A DNA stretch of 64,000 nucleotides, taken from an uncultured Spirochaetota bacterium (GTDB lineage: Bacteria > Spirochaetota > Spirochaetia > SZUA-6 > Fen-1364). A program made the translations under genes and the position numbers. Under the pieces are notes generated by a model. The model saw only the letters and a program-made list of their open reading frames with translations, did not search any database and had not been told where the DNA came from. The stretch lies in contig CAWGAC010000009.1 of assembly GCA_963820435.1 (NCBI GenBank), positions 68,991 to 132,990 of the forward strand, read 5' to 3'. Shown here one piece after another: positions 10,020 through 19,468 of this stretch. The first letter of the stretch is position 1; every line of letters starts with the position of its first letter.

Positions 10020-10992
10020 TTATGCTTTGCCTACGCTTCCCATGACCCGCGTGATCTTCTGGATATAAAGCTCTTTCATCTCCTGCCTCGCCTGGGAGAG
10101 GTAGGCTCGCGGATCGATGGACGCCGCGTTCTCCGCAAGCGCCCTTCTCAAGGCGGCCGTCATTGCAATCCAGCCGTCGGAAGCGATATTCACCTTGCAC
10201 ACCGCGGACTTCACCGCCCGGATCGTCTGTTCCTCCGGTATTCCCTGGGCCTCGAGGAGGGCTCCGCCAAAACGGTTCACCATTTCCACATAGTGAGGTG
10301 GCAGAGCGGAAGCGCCGTGAAGCACGATGGGAAAGCCCGGGCAGGTTTCGCGCAATCTGCTCTAAAATGTCGAATCGGAGGGATGGAATGCTCTCTCCCT
10401 CCTTCACACGAATCTTCAGCAATCCGTGTGACGTCCCGATGGAGACGGCGAGGCTGTCGACCCTCGTGCTCTGCACAAAATCAGCGACCTGCCCGGGGTC
10501 GGTGAAGCTGGATTCCGCTTGAGCGGAATCGTCTTCCACCCCCGAAAGGGCGCCCAGTTCACCCTCGACCGTGACCCCATGCGCGTGCGCATATTCAACG
10601 ACCCGTGAGGTGACCTCGACGTTCCGCAGGTACGGCAGGGCTGACCCGTCGATCATGACCGAGGAGAATCCTTCGTCGATGCAGGAAATGCAGTCTCCTT
10701 CCGACATTCCGTGATCGAGGTGCAGCGCCATCGGGACCGATTTCCCGGCCCTGTTCATCGTCTCCGCGCAGCCCTGAGCCATGCGGGGAACCATTGCGGG
10801 CCCGATATACTTGCGGACGTTCGCCGAGCATTGCAGGATAAAAGGCGAGCGGGTTTCCATGCACGCCTCGAGGATCGCGAGCATCTGCTCCAGGCAGACA
10901 AAGTTGAGCGCGGGAACTGCGTACTTCCCGGCGTATGCCCTTTTCAGCATGCCCTGCGTGTTGACGAAGCCAAATTGCTCGTAGTTATTCAT
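10020..10992 (-). pseudogene. class II ketose-bisphosphate aldolase (FBA/tagatose-bisphosphate aldolase family); one frameshift
   Basis: ORF 9985..10992 carries LHLDHG, VEGELG and SIGTSHG, then turns Arg/Gly-rich. ORF 10020..10355 supplies ETCPGFPIVLHGAS…KELYIQKI. The junction is DILEQI|RETCPGF at about 10351 (one extra base). Confidence 0.85.
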
Positions 10993-11023
10993 CAGTTGAA
11001 GATGTTTCCTTCACGGCCGGATG

Positions 11024-12448
11024 TCACGCACCCCGAAGAAAAGCCCCGATCTGCTCTGCCGATGGCTGCACCGGGTCCGGTTTCAATCCGGGGATATAGC
11101 GCGTCGCCTCGTAGAGTGCAGGAGAGTACAGCCCGTGGATGCCTGCAACATGGTGAATGTAGGGCCCGCGTACGATCCGCTCCTCCCACAAGGGCCAGTC
11201 GGGGACCTCGACCCACAGGTAGGTGCCGAGCGTGAACGGCCCTCCCGTGCCTTTGCCGTGCCCCATGAGAAGGGAATACTCGCCTCCTACCCGTCGAACC
11301 GCGCGACTGTGATATCCCCGCCCTTGATCTGGAAGTTCCCGGTTCCCGGCCGGTGCGGGGGGATTACGAAATGCGTGCCGAGGAACGCGGTATTGGGCTC
11401 CTTGACGAGCGAATGGGGAAAGTTGCCGCAGTGCCAGAGAAGCTCCGCGTTCTCGTTGGTCGGGTGGCGCACGGTGAGGTCGGCAAAGAAGGGAGGCGTG
11501 CTCCAGCGTGCTGCCGCCTGAAGAAGCAGAGCGCTCAGCGCTCCGTGGATGTCCGTCTCGCAGGTCACCGGGACGCCCATGGTGGCCAGCTCCCCGTTCA
11601 CGAAGCAGGGGTAGATGCCCAGCGCGTCCGGCAGGTCGTCGTGGCACTTGAACGCGATGGCGTCCAGCTCCTCTTTCTCGGCCCAGTCGGCGAGGAAAAG
11701 CTTCAGGGCGGCGACCCGGGTCAGTGCCTCGTCGTCCACCCCTTTCAGCGAGACTCTCGTTCGCATCGACTCCGCTTCATCCTTTACCCGCGGGTCCAGG
11801 GCCGCCATCTCCAGGACCCGCTTCGTGAGGACCACCAGGTCGATGGGCACCATCTCGATGCCCCATCGCTGGAGGAGGTCCTGTTCGTTGACGATCACTG
11901 TGTAGAAATTGGGCGGCCGGGTGCTTACCTGACCGATGCGCGCCCCGAGGAAGGCCTTCGCCGCGGACACGGCTGAGAGGAAGGTCCGCACGCCACTCTC
12001 GAATACCGGCGTCTCCAGCCGGGAGTTCACGATCCAGGAGAATGTGGCCCCGTACTTCTTCAGAACGTTCGCGGTGGCGAACATGCCGCACTGCGTGTCG
12101 CGCAGCCGAGTGCCGTCCGGCAGGGGCGCCTCGTCGCGAGGCCCCCAGATGAGGAATGGCTTTCCCACGTCGCGAGCAAGCTGACAGACCACCTCCTCGG
12201 TGCCGAAGTTCACGTGGGGGACGAACACCGCATCGACGTTCGCCTTCTTGAACAGCTCGGCTGCCGCGGCGGCATGCGTCGCGCTCGTACAGCAGCCCTT
12301 CGTTGTTCACCGAGTCGATGTTCACGAAATCGATGTCCCAGCTCTTCAGCTTCTGCTCCACGAGCACCTTATAGCGCGCCGCGTCCTCGGCGGAGAACAC
12401 GAACCTTCGCGTCGGTGCAAGGCCCAACAGCAGTTTATTCCTTTCCAT
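11024..12448 (-). pseudogene. L-fucose/L-arabinose isomerase family protein; two frameshifts
   Basis: MERNKLLLGLAPTRRFVFSAEDA…NEGLLYERDA|AAAAELFKKANVDAVFVPHVNFGTEE…LLWHCGNFP…ITVARFDG|VGGEYSLLMGHGKGTGGPFTLGTYLWVEV… ends at TGA 11024. Shifts at about 12274 and 11291. Confidence 0.75.
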
Positions 12449-12459
12449 GTATGCTCCTC

Positions 12460-13206
12460 CTATCCCGTGCCGCCTACCAGCTCGTTGTGCAGGATATAGC
12501 GGTCGGCGCGATAGTAGATCCGCAGGTACTCCATGGCGATGTCGTCCTGGGAAAAGGTTACCCGCTCGAAGTACAGGAGCGGAGCACCCGCCTTGATGGA
12601 AAGCATGTGCGCGATTTCAGGCGGCGCGGCGATGGCCTGGATGGTCTGCATGGCCCGTGACCAGCGCACGCCGTATTTCTTCTGCTTGATCTCGCGCAGG
12701 GAGTTCTCCTTGAAATCAATTTCGATGATCCCCGGCAGGTAACGATGCACCAGGAAGGATTCCTCTACGCACATCGGCTCGTTGTCCGCGAGGCGAAGCC
12801 GGTCGATGCGCGCCAGTTCCTCCCCTTCAGGCACCTTTAAAGCGAGGGCGATGTTCGCAGGAGCGGGAACAAGGCCCTGGAACAGGATACGTGTGCCGGG
12901 AACAAACCCCCGCTGGCGCATGTCATCCGTGAAGCTGATGATGCGGGTCAGCCCGTGCTCCAGCTTCGGATGGGCGACGAAAGTGCCCCTTCCCCTCTCC
13001 CTCTTGATATGTCCTTCCTTAGCCAGGATATCGAGCACCTTCCGCACTGTGATGCGACTCACGCCGTACTGGGCAACCAGTTCTGATTCCGGTGGAATCA
13101 TGTCTCCGGGCTCCCACTGCCGGGTGCCGATCTTGCCCTCCAGGAGCTCGTAGAGCTGGTGATACAGCGGCAACTTGCTGTTCGGGTTCAGGGTTTCGGC
13201 TGGCAT
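12460..13206 (-). CDS. GntR-family transcriptional regulator (HutC-like: wHTH + UTRA effector domain)
   Basis: 248 aa. PLYHQLYELLEGKIGTRQWEPGDMIPPESELVAQYGVSRITVRKVLDILAKEG is a GntR HTH; the C-terminal domain is UTRA-like. Confidence 0.9.
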   Translation of the reverse strand: MPAETLNPNSKLPLYHQLYELLEGKIGTRQWEPGDMIPPESELVAQYGVSRITVRKVLDILAKEGHIKRERGRGTFVAHPKLEHGLTRIISFTDDMRQRGFVPGTRILFQGLVPAPANIALALKVPEGEELARIDRLRLADNEPMCVEESFLVHRYLPGIIEIDFKENSLREIKQKKYGVRWSRAMQTIQAIAAPPEIAHMLSIKAGAPLLYFERVTFSQDDIAMEYLRIYYRADRYILHNELVGGTG

Positions 13207-13218
13207 GGTCTCCCCCTC

Positions 13219-14055
13219 TTACCCCTTGATGCTTCCGGCGACGAGGCCCTGGGTGATCCTGTTCTCGAAGGCGATCACGATGATCACGAACGGAACCAGC
13301 AGGAGCGTGCCCAGGGCGCTCATGGTGTCCCAGGGCGTCGCGAACATGCTCGATGCCGAAAGCTCTACGAACCCGACCGGAAGGGTCGTGGCCTTGTTCG
13401 CGGCGAAGATGAGCGGAACCATGAATTCATTGAAAGCGCCTACGAAATCGCAGATGACGAGCGTTGCGATAGCGGGCTTCAGGACCGGCGCGATTATGGA
13501 GAACATGGTGCGGACGAACCCGGCGCCTTCCATTTCCGCGGACTCCTCGAGGGAAACGGGTATCTGGTTGAAAAAACCGTACATGACCCACGTGCCGAAG
13601 GGGATGGGCCCGTTGATATACAACAGCGTCAGACCCCAGACATTGTCTATGATTCTCAAGCTCCGGAAGAGCTGGAACAGGGGCACCAGCACCGCCGTGG
13701 CGGGAAGGATCGTTGAAAGCATGAGCAGACCCATGACGAGATTGGATCCCCTGAACTTTATTCGCGAGAAGGCGTACCCGCCCATGACGGAAAAGAGCAC
13801 CCCGAAAGAAACACCGAGCACTGTTGTGATTACGGTGTTGGTGAAGAGCTTTGGCATGTTCAGGCTCTTGAACAGCATGACGTAGTTGTTGAAGGTCGGC
13901 TGCTTGGGGATATATTGGATCGGGAACTGGAATATCAGCTCCCTCGGAAGAATAGAGGAAAGAACGATCCAGTAGAGCGGCAACAGGATGACGACAGACA
14001 ACACCGCGGTAGATGCCCAGGTTACGATTCTCGCGCCAATGCTCCGTCTCATCAT
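13219..14055 (-). CDS. CUT1 carbohydrate ABC transporter permease (MalG-like)
   Basis: 278 aa, 6 TM, EAA-loop region LEESAEMEGAGFVRTMFSIIAP. Confidence 0.9.
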   Translation of the reverse strand: MMRRSIGARIVTWASTAVLSVVILLPLYWIVLSSILPRELIFQFPIQYIPKQPTFNNYVMLFKSLNMPKLFTNTVITTVLGVSFGVLFSVMGGYAFSRIKFRGSNLVMGLLMLSTILPATAVLVPLFQLFRSLRIIDNVWGLTLLYINGPIPFGTWVMYGFFNQIPVSLEESAEMEGAGFVRTMFSIIAPVLKPAIATLVICDFVGAFNEFMVPLIFAANKATTLPVGFVELSASSMFATPWDTMSALGTLLLVPFVIIVIAFENRITQGLVAGSIKG

Positions 14056-14074
14056 CGCGTCCTTTTACCGCTCT

Positions 14075-14965
14075 CTACCGGGATTCGGCAATTTTCCTCT
14101 GAAGCGCCAACCCGCACACACCCATCAACCCCACGACAACAAACAGGACCATCGAGATGGTCGAGGAGTATCCGAAATTGAAATTTATTATCGCGTGCCT
14201 GTATATCTGGTAGCTCAGCAGGGATGTCACGGTTCCCGGGCCACCTTGAGTCATCGCGTATACCAGCTCGAAGGAGGTGACCCGCCAGATGGTAATAAAT
14301 ATTCCGAGCGTCACTATTGTGGGGAGAATGGACGGAAGCGTGATGGAAAAAAACTTCCGAAAGACACCGGCGCCATCCATTGATGCGGACTCGTATTGCT
14401 GAAGGTCAATGCCTTGCATGGCAGCCAGGATCATCAGCGAAAGGAAGGGCGTGTTTTTCCACACGTCCGCCATGACCACTGACATCCGTGCAAGACCCGC
14501 ATTCACGAACCAGAGCGGCTTGATGCCAGCGATTCTATAGAGAATGTCGTTCACGAGACCGTAGTCGGCGTTGAATATCCAGTAAGCGGAAAAACCGGCT
14601 ATCGGCATGGAAATCGCCCAGGGGATGAGATTGACCACCCTGACGAACTTGCGTCCGAAGAACTTCTGGTTCATGAGCGCGGCAATCAGAACACCTAGGA
14701 CTATCTGCATGCTGACTGAAACGACAACGAAGAATACCGAGAATACCAATGAGTCGAGGATCGCCTGATCCCGAAAGATCTTTATATAATTGTCGAAACC
14801 AATGAACCTTCTTATCCTGCCGATCTGGTTGTAATTGAAGAAGCTGTAGAAGAAGGTCCACACGCTCGGGTACAGGGTCGCAAATACCCTGAAGATCACC
14901 GCGGGGGAAACGAGGATCCATGCCAGGAGGATGCGTTTTGTGCGTGCCCTCAGCCTCTTTCGCAT
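14075..14965 (-). CDS. CUT1 carbohydrate ABC transporter permease (MalF-like)
   Basis: ORF 14075..15049. Start moved to MRKRLRARTKRILLAWILV (14965). EAA loop YESASMDGAGVFRKFFSITLP. Confidence 0.85.
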   Translation of the reverse strand: MRKRLRARTKRILLAWILVSPAVIFRVFATLYPSVWTFFYSFFNYNQIGRIRRFIGFDNYIKIFRDQAILDSLVFSVFFVVVSVSMQIVLGVLIAALMNQKFFGRKFVRVVNLIPWAISMPIAGFSAYWIFNADYGLVNDILYRIAGIKPLWFVNAGLARMSVVMADVWKNTPFLSLMILAAMQGIDLQQYESASMDGAGVFRKFFSITLPSILPTIVTLGIFITIWRVTSFELVYAMTQGGPGTVTSLLSYQIYRHAIINFNFGYSSTISMVLFVVVGLMGVCGLALQRKIAESR

Positions 14966-15082
14966 ACAGTCAGGTTCCTCTCGTCTCACGCTCTGATCCC
15001 GCTGCCTGCGCGGCCCGGGACTGCGGGAAAAGGCGGACCTCTTTCCCATGAGGCCCGCCCTCGAAGCACTCGGGTAAGAACG

Positions 15083-16315
15083 CTACTGGTTCTTCATCTC
15101 TTCGACGCCCTTCTGGCACAGGGCGATGGCCTCATCGATCTTGATCTGCTTGGTCAGGAACCGATGGATGGCGTCGGCGCGCGCCTGCGCTGCAATGCCG
15201 TCACGAGGATCGGTGATCACGGACGCATTACTGCCCGCGGCAGAGTATTGCGCGACGTACTTCAACACCGGGAGTTTCGCGACGATCTTCGGGTCGGACA
15301 TGACAGAGTTGCTCCCCGCGCTCATTGCCGTGGAAAAACTGCAGAAGAATGTCTGGGCATCCTTGGTAGTAAGGTACTTGATGAACTCTGCGGCAGTGGA
15401 CTTGTTCACCGCCTGCGCATTCAAGCCGAAAGACCAGCCGCCGAAGATGGTCTTGTTCGACTTGTACTTGGGGACCGGCGCTATTTCCGCCATGGTCAGA
15501 AATTTCTTCCCCAGCCCGTCGGCGAGATAGGGGTACTGGTAGACCATGGCGTACTTGCCGTCGATGAACTTCTGGTTCAACACGTCCATGTTGTCCGCAA
15601 GGACCGACTCCGGCATGATCTTGTACGTGTAGATCAGGTCGTACATGTACTGGAGCATTTCTTTGTTGTTCGGATTGTTCCAGTTGTAGATGTCCGCGTT
15701 GAACTGGAGAATGTAGCGGGGCAGCTCGACGTTGAGGAAATCCTTCGACCAGTACGCACCCGTTGCGTACACGCCGCCCTTTGTCAGGGCCTTGCCTGCG
15801 TCGATGAACTCCTTCTGCGTCCTGGGGTACTTGAGTCCCGCCTTCGTGAACAGGTCCTTGTTGACGAACAGGAAAACGGACTCAGAGGTGCACGGAAGCG
15901 AGTAGAGCTTGCCGTCGATGATATTCACCCCGTCGAGGATAGTGAAGTCCTTCCGCATCGCCGGCGTCACTATGTCGTCGATGGACGCGATGTATCCCGC
16001 CGCCACATAGGAGGACGTTGTTCCACTGGGGAACTCGGTGGCATCGAAGGAGTCGTCTTTCGACGCCAGCATGGTTGCGAGCTTCTCCATGTACACATTG
16101 CCGCGCTGCGGCGCGACCGTGGTGTTCATCTTGATGCCCGTTTTCGCGAAAAAGTCCTTCTCGAGCGCCTGCCAGTACTGAAGGTCCGTGCTCGCCGCAT
16201 AGTGTGTCCACACGTTGACCACCTTTGCCTGCCCGGCAAGTGGCCCCACGGCGAATACGGTCAATACCAGCGCGGCAATGAATAGAAAGCTTAGTTTCAG
16301 GCTCTTCCGGATCAT
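15083..16315 (-). CDS. extracellular solute-binding protein (family 1) of the CUT1 ABC importer
   Basis: 410 aa. Signal peptide MIRKSLKLSFLFIAALVLTVFAVGPLAGQA. First gene after the promoter at 16374-16403. Confidence 0.9.
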   Translation of the reverse strand: MIRKSLKLSFLFIAALVLTVFAVGPLAGQAKVVNVWTHYAASTDLQYWQALEKDFFAKTGIKMNTTVAPQRGNVYMEKLATMLASKDDSFDATEFPSGTTSSYVAAGYIASIDDIVTPAMRKDFTILDGVNIIDGKLYSLPCTSESVFLFVNKDLFTKAGLKYPRTQKEFIDAGKALTKGGVYATGAYWSKDFLNVELPRYILQFNADIYNWNNPNNKEMLQYMYDLIYTYKIMPESVLADNMDVLNQKFIDGKYAMVYQYPYLADGLGKKFLTMAEIAPVPKYKSNKTIFGGWSFGLNAQAVNKSTAAEFIKYLTTKDAQTFFCSFSTAMSAGSNSVMSDPKIVAKLPVLKYVAQYSAAGSNASVITDPRDGIAAQARADAIHRFLTKQIKIDEAIALCQKGVEEMKNQ

Positions 16316-16366
16316 ACTCGATTCTCCTTTCGTCGACGTGTCAGGGTGCGGCTATCCCGCTTGGAT

Positions 16367-16390
16367 TAATGTCATAATATCACGACATTA
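16367..16390. promoter_or_regulatory. pair of operator-like sites flanking the -10 box
   Basis: TAATGTCATAA (16367-16377) and TCACGACATTA (16380-16390), 13-bp spacing. Together they read TAATGTC-N10-GACATTA. Confidence 0.45.
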
Positions 16391-16403
16391 TAGAGTTTGT
16401 CAA
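16374..16403 (-). promoter_or_regulatory. candidate sigma-70 promoter of the CUT1-GntR operon
   Basis: Minus strand: TTGACA (16398-16403), 18 nt spacer, TATTAT (16374-16379), about 60 nt upstream of the SBP start. Confidence 0.45.
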
Positions 16404-16404
16404 C

Positions 16405-17421
16405 TTAGAGTTTCAAACGCCCCTTCGCGGCGTCCGCGAGGTAGTCATACGGATACGGCAGCGGCGCTTCACTTACGTCGGTCAGCCGGTCCATCTGATC
16501 TGTCGTCAACTTCCAACCCATCGAACCAAGGTTATCCTCCAATTGTTCGACGGTGCGTGCGCCCACAATAGGTCCGGTGATTCCGGGCCTCTGCAGCAGC
16601 CAGCGGAGCGCTACTTGTGCCGGGGAGTGTCCTGTTTCCTTCGCGATGGCCAGCACAGCGTCCAGCACTTGCCATGTCTTCTCGGTGTTCTGCTCCGCCC
16701 AGGGTGCGGCGCCCCCCTTGCCAGGGGTCTTCTTCACGCGCGTGTCTTCAGGCGCCTGCCGCATGTCCCTGCGGTACTTGCCGCTGAGCCATCCCCCTCT
16801 CAAGGGGCTCCAGACGACGACGCCAAGTCCCTCCTCACGGCAGACCGGCAGGACTTCCCATTCCGTCGATCGGCAGAGCAGGCTGTATTGGGGTTGGACG
16901 CACTGGACTCTGCTCCCGCCCATTCGATCGCAGAGGTCACGAACTTTCTGTATCTGCCACCCCGCGTAGTTACTGACGCCTATCCAGCGGATCTTTCCCG
17001 CCCGCACGAGGTCGTGCAGCGCCGCGAGCGTTTCCTCAATCTCGGTAGACCAGTCCCAGTTGTGCAGCTGATACAGGTCGATATAGTCGGTGCGCAGTCG
17101 CCGCAGACTGGCCTCCACCGCCGTGACAATGTGCCCGCGGCTTGCGCCCATATCGTTCAGCCCGCCACCCATGTCGTGATATACCTTTGTCGCCACGATC
17201 CATTGCGCACGGGGCCGCGCCGAGAGCCATGCCCCAAGAACTTCCTCCGAGCGGCCACGATTGTACATGTCCGCCGTGTCGATGAAGTTGCCTCCTGCTG
17301 CGTCGAAGCAGTCGAGGATCCGATGCGAAAGCGCCTGGTCACACTCCATGCTGAAGGTCATCGTCCCCATGCACAACGCGGAAACCTTCACGCCGGTTCT
17401 CCCCAGGTACCGATACTCCAT
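16405..17421 (-). CDS. aldo/keto reductase
   Basis: ORF 16405..17475. Start placed at MEYRYLGRTGVKVSALCMGTMTF (17421). …FIDTADMYNRGRSEEVLG… is canonical AKR. Confidence 0.9.
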   Translation of the reverse strand: MEYRYLGRTGVKVSALCMGTMTFSMECDQALSHRILDCFDAAGGNFIDTADMYNRGRSEEVLGAWLSARPRAQWIVATKVYHDMGGGLNDMGASRGHIVTAVEASLRRLRTDYIDLYQLHNWDWSTEIEETLAALHDLVRAGKIRWIGVSNYAGWQIQKVRDLCDRMGGSRVQCVQPQYSLLCRSTEWEVLPVCREEGLGVVVWSPLRGGWLSGKYRRDMRQAPEDTRVKKTPGKGGAAPWAEQNTEKTWQVLDAVLAIAKETGHSPAQVALRWLLQRPGITGPIVGARTVEQLEDNLGSMGWKLTTDQMDRLTDVSEAPLPYPYDYLADAAKGRLKL

Positions 17422-17435
17422 CCCGTCACTCCTCC

Positions 17436-18179
17436 CTACTGCCGCGTCATGGCTGCGCGGACGGCCGCCATGCACTCGAGCACCTCCGCCAATGGGTCCA
17501 CGGGATTGCCTTCATATTCCAGGGAGAGATACCCGCCGAACGAGACCTTCTTGAGCCGCTCCATAAATTGGGGCAGATCCAATCCGCCCTTCCCGATGAT
17601 GACGTCATACGGCTTGCCTGCCTGGTCGAAGGCAAAGTCCTTCAGGTGTACGCCATACAGCCTGTCGGCGAATTCGTCCACCGCCGCGACGGGATCTTCC
17701 TTGCTGTCAAGGAACCAGGCCGCGTCAAGGCACAGTCCGAAGTTCTTCGAGGTATGCGCAAAGAAGTCGTGGTGCTGACGGAAAGTTCCGAACTGGAAAC
17801 CTCTTCCGTGGTTGTGGATGCAGTATTTGATCTTATACTCAACCGCGAGCCGCTCGAGCATCGGGAGCGCCTTCTCGTCCACGGTCACCACCGTGAGAAA
17901 GTGTGTTCCCGCTTTCAGGGCCAGCTCGCACATCTTGCGCACATCGGCCTCGTCGTTCTTGAGCTCCACCCCCCCGTAGGCGCTGACGGAAATTCCCGCG
18001 TCGCGGATCTGCGCAAGGTCCGCGCCCGTCTTCTTCGGGTCCTGGTGATAATCGATATGACCGGGGTAGATCTCGACGTAGGGCAGGTTCACCTTCTTCA
18101 ACCCATCGATGAGCGAGCGAATCGTCTTGAACTCGCGAAAGCAATAGCTCTGAATGCCGAGAGGGAAATCACCCTTCAT
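17436..18179 (-). CDS. sugar phosphate isomerase/epimerase (xylose-isomerase-like TIM barrel)
   Basis: 247 aa. MKGDFPLGIQSYCFREF…YVEIYPGH…CIHNHG…VHLKD…LSLEYE. Confidence 0.85.
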   Translation of the reverse strand: MKGDFPLGIQSYCFREFKTIRSLIDGLKKVNLPYVEIYPGHIDYHQDPKKTGADLAQIRDAGISVSAYGGVELKNDEADVRKMCELALKAGTHFLTVVTVDEKALPMLERLAVEYKIKYCIHNHGRGFQFGTFRQHHDFFAHTSKNFGLCLDAAWFLDSKEDPVAAVDEFADRLYGVHLKDFAFDQAGKPYDVIIGKGGLDLPQFMERLKKVSFGGYLSLEYEGNPVDPLAEVLECMAAVRAAMTRQ

Positions 18180-18191
18180 TTGATATTCCTT

Positions 18192-19370
18192 TCATCCTTC
18201 TCTCGAATAGACGTGGATGTTCCACTTCTCAGGGCCGTGCAGCGGCTTTGTGACGATGTCCAACCTGCCCGCGCCGAACAGGTCGAGGATCTCCGCATCG
18301 TGGCACCCCGTTCCTTCGTCGACGATGTGCCGCGTGAAGTTTCCCTTTCCCTCGTTCTCAAGCACCATGATCCGTGGCGGGCGCCTGAGATACATATCAG
18401 TCTTGGGGTCCGCCAGACCGACTTCACCGATCAGAATGTCGATCCTGCCGTTCCCACACAGGTTCCCGAGCTTCAGAGAGTGCGCGTCCAGGAGGCCTTC
18501 CTCGAGGATGTGTTCTTCCCACATTTCGGTGATGACCTTCCCTGGTTTGAACCATCCGAGCTTTCCACCCTGGTCTTTCCCGTAGACGAGCGGATCCCCT
18601 TCGGAGAGGAGAATCTCGTTCCTGCCGTCGCCGTCAATATCCCCGACGGCGATTTTCGTCGTGAGATATCCCGAAGCGAACTTGTGGCCTTCCCATCTGC
18701 CCTTTACGCGCTTGTACCAGTGAGTCCCGGCCACCAGTTCGTTCCTGCCGTCGCCGTCGACATCCCCAACCGCGAGACCTTCCTCCGGCTGCATGCCGTC
18801 ATTGCGAAATGGGTGCGCGGGATTAGGCTCGCACTTGGCCGCCGCGATCACTTCGAGGCCCGGCCATGGCACCGCGTAGGGGTCCCGAGGAACGGGGATC
18901 CTGAAAATCGTTGTGCCCCCCTTCGCGAGCTGGTTTGTGAATACGAGACTTCTGGTTCCGTCTCCCGTAATGTCGGCTATCACAGTGTCGTGGAATTGAC
19001 CGAAAGTCGTGTCGGCGATTTCGTGCCGCCTCCATGTGCCGGGTGTATTTCCGGGGTTCTCCCACCAGGAGATGGTAACTCCCATGTAGTCGCTCCCGTT
19101 GATGAGGTCGAGATGGCCTTTGCCCGTGAGGTCGATGAGACACCCTCCGCATTCCTGGTTATGAACTTCATCGATGAGGTGCCTTTTCCACGATTTGCCA
19201 GGCCCGGGATTCTCAAACCAGACCATGGCGCCGTTTCTTCCGCTGATCGCGATATCAGGGCGTCCATCAGAGTTGATATCGCCAACAGTGCCTAAAGTGT
19301 TCATTGCGCCATTCCCCGTAGAGTTCGCAATCTCTCCAATGACCATCTTCTTGAACTTGATCTTCTTCAA
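18192..19370 (-). CDS. FG-GAP/VCBS-repeat beta-propeller protein, no signal peptide
   Basis: 392 aa. Repeated GDxxGDG(R/T) motifs (GDINSDGRPD, ADITGDGTRS, GDVDGDGRNE, GDIDGDGRNE) alternate with W-x-x-H blades. The N-terminus MKKIKFKKMVIGEIANS is not hydrophobic. Confidence 0.8.
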   Translation of the reverse strand: MKKIKFKKMVIGEIANSTGNGAMNTLGTVGDINSDGRPDIAISGRNGAMVWFENPGPGKSWKRHLIDEVHNQECGGCLIDLTGKGHLDLINGSDYMGVTISWWENPGNTPGTWRRHEIADTTFGQFHDTVIADITGDGTRSLVFTNQLAKGGTTIFRIPVPRDPYAVPWPGLEVIAAAKCEPNPAHPFRNDGMQPEEGLAVGDVDGDGRNELVAGTHWYKRVKGRWEGHKFASGYLTTKIAVGDIDGDGRNEILLSEGDPLVYGKDQGGKLGWFKPGKVITEMWEEHILEEGLLDAHSLKLGNLCGNGRIDILIGEVGLADPKTDMYLRRPPRIMVLENEGKGNFTRHIVDEGTGCHDAEILDLFGAGRLDIVTKPLHGPEKWNIHVYSREG

Positions 19371-19404
19371 AATGAAACTCCTTTCATCTCCGATCTGACA
19401 TTAC

Positions 19405-19430
19405 ATTATAACATATTAAAGATTTGTCAA
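19405..19430 (-). promoter_or_regulatory. possible promoter of the FG-GAP/TIM-barrel/AKR operon
   Basis: Minus strand: TTGACA (19425-19430) and TATAAT (19405-19410), but the spacing is only 14 nt, so it is weak as drawn. Confidence 0.25.
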
Positions 19431-19439
19431 GAATCCTTG

Positions 19440-19468
19440 TTGACAAAATAACTAAGGCAGTACATAAT
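19440..19468 (+). promoter_or_regulatory. candidate sigma-70 promoter of the 19612 CUT1 operon
   Basis: TTGACA (19440-19445), 17 nt spacer, CATAAT (19463-19468). Confidence 0.5.

Noticed and set aside
9985-10992. 335-aa ORF as an intact class II aldolase
   Set aside because: The C-terminal third is Arg/Gly-rich nonsense. The genuine C-terminus (PIVLHGAS…) lies in ORF 10020..10355 in another frame.
6945-12448. Programmed ribosomal frameshifting or transcriptional slippage as the explanation for the broken genes
   Set aside because: There are up to five shifts per gene, in both +1 and -1 directions. None has slippery heptamers or downstream structures. They occur in unrelated gene families, which is incompatible with recoding.
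17568-19295. 575-aa plus-strand ORF, the longest ORF in this part of the track
   Set aside because: It is entirely antisense to the TIM-barrel and FG-GAP genes, which have clear family motifs. Its composition is Arg/Val/Asp/His-rich with no recognisable domain. This is a typical shadow ORF of GC-rich DNA.
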